Origin: Mizuhopecten yessoensis
Taxonomy: Eukaryota
NCBI RefSeq assembly: GCF_002113885.1
Contig: NW_018405342.1
Coordinates: forward strand, 2,095,303 to 2,159,302
Reading direction: 5' to 3'
Length of the DNA stretch: 64,000 nt
A model generated the notes under the pieces. The model had not been told where the DNA came from, ran no database searches, and saw nothing but the letters and a program-made list of their open reading frames with translations. Every line of letters begins with the position of its first letter. Position 1 is the stretch's first letter. Below are positions 51,553-61,968 of the stretch, in pieces. Position numbers and translations under genes: made by a program.

Positions 51553-53879
51553 CTCATGGAAATGTTGCTTCTCTGATACACAATATATGCAACAATTTAT
51601 GATACCACGCGGTAAAGAAAAGTTTGATCGCAATACCAGGAATATTAAAACTTTGAGAAAACTTCTGCTTCGGTACTTGTAAAATTGATAAAGAACTAAA
51701 TATTTGGAAATTTTGAAATTCTGAAGGTACTAAATAACCCCCAAAAAATGCCGTTTCTTCATCAAATCGAGGAGACTTTATTTGTTCACGTACATAACTG
51801 CTGTTATCAAGAGAATTCACATACCGTGTGCCAAATAATTGGCAAATAAAATTGTAAGAAAAGCTTAATATAATCAAGTAAAAATCTTCAATGCCACGTT
51901 TTAATATCCAAGTATGCGGATGATACTAAACTTATTATAGATAGTTTGCAAATCAATCTTTTAAACAAGACGATAGAAGAATGAAATAATATTGTGAAAA
52001 TCTCTGGATTTGAAATATATCTATTTGCATTCTCACATTTGTAGTTTTGGAAAAAGAATAAGATTTTTGTGGATTTTTTTGCAATACATCCGTATTTCAC
52101 GTACTTGACTTCATCCAATACCTATGTGCTGAAGTAGTGGTGTTATCATCTTCAATGTTGCAGGTTCCAGAACTGTTTTTTATTCAAAAGCAATTTAAAC
52201 TTAATATGTAAAGTAACATTAGGAAAATGTTATTTTCTTTCTGTTTTGGACCCAAGCGCTCATGTATACTAGCATCCCCTCTAACAGGAATACCACCTGG
52301 GCAATCTTTCAGAGATAGCATTGTAAAGTCTTTTTAACAGAACATTGAATCCCTTATCCAAATTGATGTTTCACATCAAATTGGATTAGTTTCTGTTAAA
52401 CCGTATAGAAGGAATAGTATTTTTTAATTCCATTTTTTATACTAGACCTACCCTAAAGAGACCAAACATTATATTTTTTACCAAACTAAATCTACAGTGT
52501 AGAAAAATATTCAAATTGAATAAAAGGACAGCTCTATACATTAAGTATATACAAGAAGAAAAAAAGAAACTAAAACCCTAACAATATACCACTTTCTAGG
52601 ACCGAACGCATCTGCAACCAAGATGACTGAGTACGCCTTCAAACAAAATTAAATTCCAATTTTGATTGGAATTGACATGATTCATTCTAAAGTAAGTTGA
52701 TCGTTGTCGACTCATAATTGAGGAGTTCTCTTTTAAAGATTTTCTTTGACACAGGGATGCGTCACACCAGTTAAAAACTCCTTTGTCGTTCTAGAGAAAT
52801 AGACTTCAAAATTAATATGATGGACGCCGCGTCACGGCATGAACTGAACTATAGGTATGGCGAGTTAATAAGTAATATGTCTCCCATATTTATCATTTCC
52901 TCTAATATCCCAAGTTAGTCAATATGACGTCACATAGTACTGTTAATTTACATTCAACAACAGGCTCTAGAGGCTACTGATTACCAGACAATTGTCTTTA
53001 TTTTTTTTTCACAATTTACCATTCATCGGAAGGCAAACCTAATGTCCGAGAAATTATTTTCGAAGAAAAAAAGGCCCCCATTTGAAATTTAGTTTATCAA
53101 GAAATATATTTGATTTTATATAAAACCACGGGATTGGTCTCCGCTCTACAATCAAGAGGCTATATATTAAGGGGTCGAATATCTCGTCGCAAAGAAGATT
53201 TTATGAAAACAGGAATCAAAATATTTCTCTTGTTTATAACTCTGTGCTATAATGAATGGCCAATCAACTGAAAGTGAGAAAGAACTCTTTATCGTTGAAG
53301 ATATTGCCGGAAATGTAGCAAAATGATTGGACATACCATTACGTGATTACAACACTGGTTACGCTTTCTCTCCACAAATAGTAACAAATATAATGACAAA
53401 CAAAGTAGACGCACCAAACCTTATCTATATGAATTAAAAGTTTACAAGTCTCAATACTTACAATCTATCGCTGATTATAATAAAATGTTCACATTTTAGA
53501 ATATTTCCACGTTTATAAGTCTACGGAGTAAATATTAACATTTAGTGTATTTAAACTTTGAAATGATGAACTTGTTCATGCATATATACTTGTATATCTA
53601 CTTACTTTTAGTCTCGAATAACCAGTGTTTAAAATGGCGAAGCAAATACTCTGACATTCCTGTGTGTATTAAAGTTCATAAGAAGAAATCCGTTTCTTTT
53701 CACTTTTCACTAAAACAAAGGTTAATAAGATATGCCGTAACAACCAAGTGTAGACAATAAGCTTTGCAGAGTTATCTTTCTTTGATTTGTTGTGCGAGGT
53801 TTTGGGCAGCTAAGAAGGATAACTCGTACGGACTTTAACCGGCGGTTTCGACAAAGACCTTGAGCCTAGGCGTTCGTTT

Positions 53880-54430
53880 TTAAGGTAGAGAAGGACACTA
53901 GAGGCCAAAAAAATCAAGTCAATGATTTTTTTTTTAATTTCGCATATATTGTTCTTAGGGGTGTACTTAACAAAATATCAAAATTTGAGAATAGGTTTCC
54001 AGGCTTTTTTAAAAAATATTCTTTGAAAGAGTTACCCCCTCTTTGAAGTCCGAAAAATGTCACTTTTTTGCCCTTTTTAAGTCATTAAGGTACCCGCCAA
54101 AAATGCATATAAATTGTTTTGGAATTTATCTGAGTACAATATGATAAATGAATATTTTGAAATATTTCAGACATAATATTTTAAACAATTGTTTTTTTTC
54201 AAAATGGCTACCCTTTTTTTGCAAAAAAAAAATGATTGTAAAGTCGAATAAAAAAAATTGTGTCAATGAATTCTTTTTCAAATTGGTATATAAAATAACC
54301 TATTACCATGCTACAAATCATGAAAAAAATAAAGATATGTTTCCAGGGAAAACAAAAAGTTAGCGGGTTAGAACGACACCCTGTCATCACCATTTTATGC
54401 AGATTTCATGAAAAATGTCCAATTTTTTAA
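53880..54430. mobile_element. Probable truncated TTAA-targeting DNA transposon fragment (Kolobok-like end)
   Basis: TTAA-GGTAGAGAAGGACAC start followed by A/T-tract-rich subterminal-type sequence; I found no matching second terminus. Confidence 0.35.
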
Positions 54431-54946
54431 ACTCTTTTAACTAAAGGTGCGATTGATTCTTAATTTTGCATTGGTTTTGCAGCAGTCATATTTTTGTAAT
54501 ATTAATTTATCCTTTCAGGTAACCTTCTTCAGGTTTAAAGGAGGTTGCATTTGTTTTGAATATTCAAGAAGTTGGTATTTGACCTCAATCAACAATAATT
54601 ATTAAAAACAATATTTCATTTTCGAGTATAAATATGCAGGCTCTTCAAGGCTTTGTCAAGGTTCGCCTGAAAGTAGCTTCAGATTACTGGGTCCGACCTT
54701 AAATCCTTGTCGAACAACTCTGGTCCACAGGGACCTGAGAATTTGTAACAGCTATATTTGGACCTTAGCTAAGGTGCTCAGAGTAATTTTACATGGTTTA
54801 GGGGTTTAAAGTAAAAGTGACACCCCAATGATCTTATAGAGGAGAAGCAGAGGGGTAATTCCTCCACTATATGATCATTGAGAGTGTCATTTTTACCGAA
54901 AGTCGATCTAAACCCCTAAAACAGGTAAAATTGAGCTCCTCCTCTA

Positions 54947-55130
54947 TTCTGTTTTAGCGTATTGCAGAGTTATCTTCTCTTGGGAGCAGGTATTGATTGT
55001 TACGTCTTTGGTCTGTGTGAGAAAATTACGTCGTTTTCTCAAAAAATGATGACGTTTCTCACAAACAAGTGACGTAACAATCAATACTTGCTCCCAAGAG
55101 AAGATAACTCTGCAATACGCAAAGACGGAA
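54947..55130. mobile_element. 184-bp foldback MITE with TA TSD (Tc1/mariner-like)
   Basis: TTCTGTTTTAGCGTATTGCAGAGTTATCTTCTCTTGGGAGCAGGTATTGATTGTTACGTC and its reverse complement at the other end; TA on both sides. Confidence 0.85.
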
Positions 55131-56575
55131 TATGATCATTGGGAGTGTCAACAGCCCAACCGTTTGGATCGCGATAAACAAATGCGGTCCTGCACCACTG
55201 GTCTCCAGTCAAATTTGGCAGAAAATGTTTTGTTAAATAAAAACAAGTAACAGCAGGTTTATTTTTCCTTGGTCAGCGTACAAAGTCAGCGTGGTAGCAA
55301 CGGAGACAGTCAAAATATAGTGAAATACGTGTAAAGTATGTTGATTTCCCGATAGAGAGGTAAAACATAAAGTATCATAACATCAAAATTTATTCAAAAT
55401 GTCAACAGATATATAACAGGTAGGCTATGTTCAGCAGATATATTTATACACAATCATAAACACTTGTATCAGCCGTTTACTTGAGACTCACTTAAACTAT
55501 ACATAATATGTGTTAATTTTAAGAACATATGAATTATTTTATGTTAAGCATCCCTTCATCGCTGCTGACAATAACAGTTGATTAGAGCATCCGTATTATT
55601 TTAATTGTTGTTTATTTCATTGTTTTTATCAAAGCCCCGTAAGGAATGGATTTCCTTTCAAAAATATTTTATTAGATTTATTACCATGCTGATAAAAATT
55701 CCATTTTATAGTTACGGTTTTTGATAGTGGTACGGGGATCCTTAAAAGTTCAAATTCAGAGACAAGTATTACAGAGGGTACACTAATACTGCATCACACC
55801 AAATACAGCTTTCACAGCTGTCAACAAAATACTGACACGATATAAATCATCGTAAACCTACAACAAAACATATCACATCGAGGACGTTTTAAAAATACGT
55901 GTTCGTCCTCTTCTCCTTCTCTCAATCATTTTCTTCTTCAACTCTTTCCCCTGCTCTCTTTTTCGTTCTATCCAATTGCCCCTCATTTCTTTCCTCCTCC
56001 ACCCTCCCTTAATTTTTTTTTATCTCTCAATCCCTGCTTAGGACACCTTCTACCATCCCTCTACTCCGCATCTTTTCTTTTTCTCTTCAATTTACTCTTC
56101 CTTCCTTTTTAAACTTTTCAACTATGTGAAGGTGTGGTATTGAACTTGGTGTTGTAAGCAAACTAAACTCTATTTTAGTGCACTGTCACAAAAAAGTACA
56201 CAACTTAAACAACAAGAATCAGATGCTCCAACGCTTAGTTTATATCTAGCAATAATATGAGATATTAAAATTCACCACAATGTACATCTTATTTAGCAAA
56301 CGAAGATAGAAAATGCATACCAGATAAATAAAACTAAATGCAGTTTAGTAACAAAATAAACAGATTCATATATATATCAAAGTCAGATATCTTCTACAAA
56401 AAAGAGATATTCTTAAACACTTTTCATTTGAGATGTGCCCCCCCCCCCCTCCCCCTGATTGATAAGCAATATATTTCACCTTATAACAGGTGGCCTTTTG
56501 TATACATTTACTGTACATGTCAAGGCTAGTTAAAGCTGAGAGCATGAAATGAGATCTGTCCAATATAACTCACAC

Positions 56576-56811
56576 CACAGGGACCTGAGAAATTGTTACA
56601 TCTATATTTGGACCTAAACTATGGTGTTCAGAGTTATTTTACATGTTTTAGTGGTTAAGATCGACTTTCGGTAAAAAATAACACCCCAAATGATTATTGA
56701 TTACGAGTCATTTGTATCGGAAGTCGATCTAAACCTTTAAAACATGTAAAATTACTATGAACACTTAGTTAAGGCGCAAGTATAGCTGTTACAAATTGCC
56801 AGGACCCTGTG
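56576..56811. mobile_element. 236-bp foldback MITE with CACAGGG termini; second, truncated copy at 54726-54935
   Basis: CACAGGGACCTGAGAAATTGTTACATCTATA ... TATAGCTGTTACAAATTGCCAGGACCCTGTG; no clear TSD. Confidence 0.78.
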
Positions 56812-57735
56812 AGCCATCCTGATGGGAGTTTAAAGTGTTTCTAAATGAAATGAAATTAAATTGTATACAAAAACATGTCAACAATACTCAATTTGATATA
56901 ATATGGCAGATAAAATATTTGTTAAATGCATTTGGTTTTCAGCTGGAAAGGCTTACAATAATCTTGTAAAACAATATAACCAGAATTTGGATTCGCGAAC
57001 AGAAAGCTATATAGTACATACCCTGTTTCTCGTCTTACTGGGGTGGGATAAAATAGTCGTAATAATATTAATTCCCCGAATGAATAGATTACAGCTCGCT
57101 TATAAACATACATGTATTATAAATACTATTATTTGTACTTTTATAAATTTATTGGGATTTCAAACTTTCTCTGTGTCCGCAGATATATCCCTAACTTTTT
57201 ATGAAAAAAATGGTCACTGCATCATTTTTTGAATTTATTGCTATTCTTCCCATACATTTCTAATCTCTTATATCAAGTAAACGTTCGATTGCACTCAAGT
57301 TTAAATCGGAATTACTGAAATAAATCATGAAGAAACTCATATGGACATGTTAACATACAAGATAAATGACTCTTCTTGTTGGAGAGGGCATGGAAAATGA
57401 ACAAATTATACATCAGAAGGCACCGTCTCTCACGAAATGGACCAAGCAGTCTGTATAAAGATATTGATGCGTACTAGCTATCTGGTCACCAAACTGGCAT
57501 ACACAAAGCAGCAAGTGTTGCAGACACAATATAAAGTACCACGTGGAACATACCTGTATGTATACAAAACCCACCGACAAGAACATATATATAGTAAACT
57601 GCCAAAAGAGCAATGTAAACAATTATCAAATATAGTAAGAAAAATTCTATCCACAACACCTTATTAACATACAGATTTTGTTTTTTTTCTTTATAGTAAA
57701 AGTCTGTCTTTAAATCACGTGCTGATCGTATGGGG

Positions 57736-57810
57736 TTATGTGCTGGTCATCAGTTCGATACCCTCATGTTGTCCATTCCCATTCTCTGCCGGAGCATCAC
57801 CATTAGCAAG
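57736..57810 (-). CDS. DRAM: DRAM-like terminal coding exon (LANGDAPAENGNGQHEGIELMTST*)
   Basis: TTTCGTTTCAG|CTT acceptor, phase 0, TAA at 57738-57736. Confidence 0.75.
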   Translation of the reverse strand, partial: LANGDAPAENGNGQHEGIELMTST

Positions 57811-60800
57811 CTGAAACGAAAACACAAGTTATATAATAAATTATAATTCAGTGGAAATGCTTACAGATGACAGAAGAAATATTTTGCTGAGGTTAAACAC
57901 ATAACCTTTGTGTTATTGTGACACACATAGCCTTTGTGTTATTGACCCACACATAACCTTTGTGTTATTGTGACACACATAACCTTTATGTTATTGTCCC
58001 ACACATAACCTTTGTGTTATTGACCCACACATAACCTTTGTGTTATTGTGACACACATAGCCTTTGTGTTATTGACCCACACATAACCTTTGTGTTATTT
58101 TGACACACATAACCTTTGTGTTATTGACCCACACATAACCTTTGAGTTATTGTGACACACATAACCTTTGTGTTATTGTGACACACATAACCTTTTTGTT
58201 ATTGTCACTGACATTACCTTCGTGTTATTGACCCACACATAAAAAGAAGTTTAGTTGAAATAGTGATGTTTAAGATCCGACATTTTATGTAAAGGGGGAT
58301 GTTCAGGACCTCCAACCCTCTACCCCATCCCCGGGGCCGCATCTCAGTGGTGATACTCACATGGGATGATAAATGAGTGGAAGTAATCCCCGAAATATTA
58401 TACAATTTTTGTCCTGGTTGTAGAGAAACATGGTTAATCTCTGGAGAGGATACGCTAGCGGGAATACTTACATGAGGCGAAATGAAGTCAATTTCGATGC
58501 GCGTGTGAGAAAACATGCGGAAAGCTGGTATGAAGGTAAGAAGGAACAGAGTTACGGAGATGGTCAGCAGCCACTCCGAGATCGTAGACACCAGGAAAAT
58601 GGGACGCAATGTGTCCTGAAAGCAAGCGAAGAAAACATGGCCAAACGGTACCGTCTTTTGGTTATTTTGCTTTCTGCTTATTTGTTTGCATTAGTTAGCA
58701 TAATTCTAAATAGTCCTAAAAAATTGAACGAACTTCTGTCTTGCATAATTCTTTTCGTTGAAATATTCAATCTAAAATTTGTTATATAGTTTTTTAATAA
58801 TTTGAAATGAATAAAGTTATATGTGACCTGCAAAATACATGTATCAGTAAATAGCATAGTCTTGAACGTACGAAGTTATCTCCCTTCCTGCGTTAAATCG
58901 ACATTAAACGGATTTAAAAAAAAATAATCTTGTAATAAAATTTATTTCACATTTCTGACAACAGGAATAAATCTGTATCTTTGTTAAACTAAATCTGCCG
59001 TGGGATGGTCAGGCGACTGACCTACATATACTCACCCATTTGGTACCCAGACCGGCATCCCGACCCTTGTTGTACATAGTCTTGGAAACCGCGACTGATT
59101 GTGTGTAAAGGAATTATCTATATACTTATAAATAACTGAACATGACATTTTATGTATGCCTCTACAAGAAAATGAATCGAGTAATGTGATTGGTTACACA
59201 TGTCACCAGGAAATGTATCGAGGATTTTGATTGGTTAGACGTGTCATCAAGGAACTGTATCGGGGATTGTGTTTGGTTAGACGTGTCACAGGGTGACTGA
59301 CATTGACCCTCGTTTTCGTGAAGCGGTTTTCGATTGGTTATGAATAGCGATAGTTTATTCCCAGATATATCGGACGACTCCATATATTTTAACCAATGAA
59401 GAGATATTGAGAACAAGGTATATATGTGTGATCAAAAGCCGTCCTTGTGTATTTTCCATGAAGATTTTTTGGAGTTATTTTATAGATGTTTTGTATTTTT
59501 ACATCGAGACATTGATGATGATTTAGCTACTATTTCTACAGGTGTACGTTTGATTAGTAATTACAAAGACATTGGCAATCTTATTTATTTTAAAGTCTTT
59601 TTTATTATAAATATTGATCAGATACGGCCAGATTAGTGACCTTCCCGTAAAGGATACATGTGAAAAAAAGTACCGTAGACATCACACTGTTGACAATCTG
59701 ACAGATCTGTGTCACAAAGAACTCCGTCCGCCTACTTTGCTGTTTGATGACATCAAAATGACGTATTTTCCACGTGATGCCGACTTGGACCCATGCGTAC
59801 CCCATAGCAAACCCAAAACACATGAACGCGCCTGCGTAGTGAGGAGGTTTCATCGTGTCCACCTGCAGAACACCAGTATTTAATTGGTTGATGACAACTT
59901 ATAGAAATAAATAAACAAATAAATAATAAAAAAGGAAGAAATACAAAGATCGCTAATATGCTACATGTACGTACATGGCTATTTTTGATGCGTATCATTT
60001 GCCCAGTGGAGTTGATATGCTATGTAATATCTGATGTTCAGAACGGGACCTTAACTTCACTAGGGTATCTACTACAGTAAGTTACTTAAATTGACATGTC
60101 ACACTTCAAAAAGCACTAATATTAGATAAAAACAATACCATTTAAACGTTTCCATGAACCAAATCATGGAAGAATCAATTTAACTATGCTACTTCGTTTG
60201 AATTGTTTTTGGCAAAGGGATGAAATGTAGCACATGCCTTTCAGACCAAGTTACCTGGAAACAAGCTACAAACAGCAAGCCTAAACCAGAAATCATTCCA
60301 AGAGACAGCCCGGCTCGATTGATGTTCCGCCATTTTTTCTCAGGGCTATACTCGTTAAACAGCTTCTTGATAAATAGGTACTGCATCTCGGCATTAGCGG
60401 CCACTATCGACAGAAATAAATTAAACAGATCATATAACATGTATTGCCTTTGTTGTTGGTAAACACGACTATTTATTTCCCGGAGATTTAAAATGTTTCA
60501 CGAGGGCGAGAGGAATCTTGAAGAACCCGAATCTTCATAAAACAAAATATTTCCCTTTCACGTGATCAATATAATCCAACCAGACACGCTGTTACATAGA
60601 AGAGGTATACTTGTATATGTTAAATCATACAAATGACCACTCAATAATATGTCTCGGGCGACTCCTTCTTACATTACAAGGTTGGTGTGCAGTTGAACCT
60701 GGGAGGTGGCACTTCAAAGAATGTCCTTTTTGTAATTGTTTAGATATCCTATCAAAACTATTTACATACGGAGAATGCAAAATTGGTAGAGAGACTGGTG

Positions 60801-61968
60801 GTACCTTCAAGCGTGGACTTGAAAGAAGATAAATCCTCACTAAGGGCCAGTGACGTTGGTAAAGACTTCCAGGTGATAAAAGAGGAAGAGGGAGGGGGGG
60901 GGGGGGGGGGGGAGAATTTGTAGACGTCTTTTGTGTAGGTATTGCGTTTAGTTTATGTGCCCCCTGGTTCGACTGTCACCTGATGTCCAGTAAGATGATG
61001 GATCAAGGATCAATTTGAGTCAATCGTTACATAAAAAAATCTGATGACCAATGTCCAGTATGGACAATGGAAAAATGCAAAACCTACGGTTACTGATTGG
61101 TGCCATTTCGTTGTTTCGTCTTTTCGGGCGAAAAGACGAGATTAAGTAACTTTTAAATTTCGCTGTTTGTCTTTTCGGGGCGAAAAGACCAAAGAACGAT
61201 ACTAAGGGTTTGTTGATTCTCGTCTTTTTGGTGCGAAAAGACTAAACAACGAAATGGCACAATTCAGCCAACGTACCCACCACCCTCCGCCGCTCTATAT
61301 GTCTATATACGCGATCGAAATGTTGTGAACAACTCTATCTATGCGCACCATTTGGTCAAGCTAACTCCTTGGAATTTCACTCTGATCAGGACGCATGCAA
61401 ATAAATTAAACCGTTCTTTAGAAAATACAAAATGGATACATGTACTTCGTATGAAAACCTCGTGAAATCTGTCTGATTTAGTGAAAGGAAATTTCGTCAA
61501 TATACTCACAAAATACAGCTCCAATAGCTATGGTGATGGTGAAGATTCCTTGCTCCGGGGGCTTTATTCCAGTGTAGCTAAACCAAATCATATCCAAATT
61601 AAAGGGACATAACTCTAAATAATACCAGTTTATCGATTCTGTAATTTTACAAGAGCCCGATCTTATTTAAATATCAAATTAACAATATTTTAGCGCCAAT
61701 TCTTTAGTCTTACGGAACAATACATCTTTAGGTAAAATTGCATATATAATATACAAAACATTTCCACTAAGACTTTATTATGCTTACATCATTAAACTTA
61801 ATCATTCCAGATGTGCACTGCCAAGAAGAAAACAGAAGAAAAATACAATCATTTTTTTTTTATGGATAATAAGTGGTGAATCCTGTGTAAAACCGTACGT
61901 CAAAGACAACCCACCTGATGTACGGGAAATCTGGAAACGTGTGATTGTATGCCACGGCAATCCCGTAC
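57736..61968 (-). CDS. DRAM: DRAM/TMEM150 (Frag1/DRAM/Sfk1) family multi-pass membrane protein, 5'-partial, join(61968-61915,61577-61510,60403-60255,59862-59658,59094-59036,58615-58472,57810-57736)
   Basis: Phase-consistent splicing gives YGIAVAYNHTFPDFPYISYTGIKPPEQGIF..., N..GL.LG..S.LGL..VACFQ, HYAGAFMCFG...YAWVQ, STISEW. These match the DRAM-family PYIS.TG..PPE, GL..VA.FQ, H..GA..F and S...EW motifs; about 250 aa recovered. The orthologue (DRAM1/2 vs TMEM150) cannot be resolved by eye. Confidence 0.9.
57895..58243. repeat. 25/26-bp palindromic minisatellite, about 13 copies (ACACATAACCTTTGTGTTATTGTGAC), in the last DRAM intron
   Basis: Direct periodicity; each unit has a CACATAAC...GTTATTGTG inverted repeat. 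Confidence 0.95.
58472..58615 (-). CDS. DRAM: DRAM-like exon (DTLRPIFLVSTISEWLLTISVTLFLLTFIPAF...ISPH)
   Basis: TTTCAG|GAC acceptor, CAT|GTAAGT donor; 144 nt; alternative in-frame donor at 58361. Confidence 0.88.
59036..59094 (-). CDS. DRAM: DRAM-like exon (FAVSKTMYNKGRDAGLGTKW)
   Basis: U12 branch site and ATCAG|TC acceptor, TGG|GTGAGT donor; 59 nt, bridges phase 1 to phase 0. Confidence 0.85.
59095..59657 (-). other. U12-type (minor spliceosome) GT-AG intron
   Basis: 5' site GTATCCTTT (consensus RTATCCTTT); branch site TTCCTTTAC at 59113-59105, ending 8 nt before the terminal AG; no polypyrimidine tract. Confidence 0.9.
59658..59862 (-). CDS. DRAM: DRAM-like exon (VDTMKPPHYAGAFMCFG...TVLFFT)
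   Basis: CTGCAG|GTG acceptor, U12-type donor T|GTATCCTTT; 205 nt. Confidence 0.9.
60255..60403 (-). CDS. DRAM: DRAM-like exon (LAANAEMQYLF...GLLFVACFQ)
   Basis: GATAG|TG acceptor, CAG|GTAACT donor; 149 nt. Confidence 0.9.
61087..61273. mobile_element. 187-bp MITE with TA TSD
   Basis: TA-CGGTTACTGATTGGTGCCATTTCGTTGTTTCGTCTTTTCG ... CGAAAAGACTAAACAACGAAATGGCACAATTCAGCCAACG-TA; internal GTCTTTTCG.GCGAAAAGAC palindromes x3. Confidence 0.82.
61510..61577 (-). CDS. DRAM: DRAM-like exon (YTGIKPPEQGIFTITIAIGAVF)
   Basis: TTTAG|C acceptor, T|GTGAGT donor; 68 nt. Confidence 0.9.
61915..61968 (-). CDS. DRAM: DRAM-like exon (YGIAVAYNHTFPDFPYIS)
   Basis: TTTTTCACAG|G acceptor, CAG|GTGGGT donor; 54 nt, phase 2-2. 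Confidence 0.88.

Noticed and set aside
58430-59883. Plus-strand ORFs antisense to DRAM exons (and 2247-2612, 8100-8483 antisense to PACSIN)
   Set aside because: Shadow frames of real minus-strand exons with no independent evidence.
60894-60912. 19-nt poly-G run; also the CT-rich tract at 55905-56120
   Set aside because: Simple low-complexity sequence, and homopolymer length is unreliable in assemblies.
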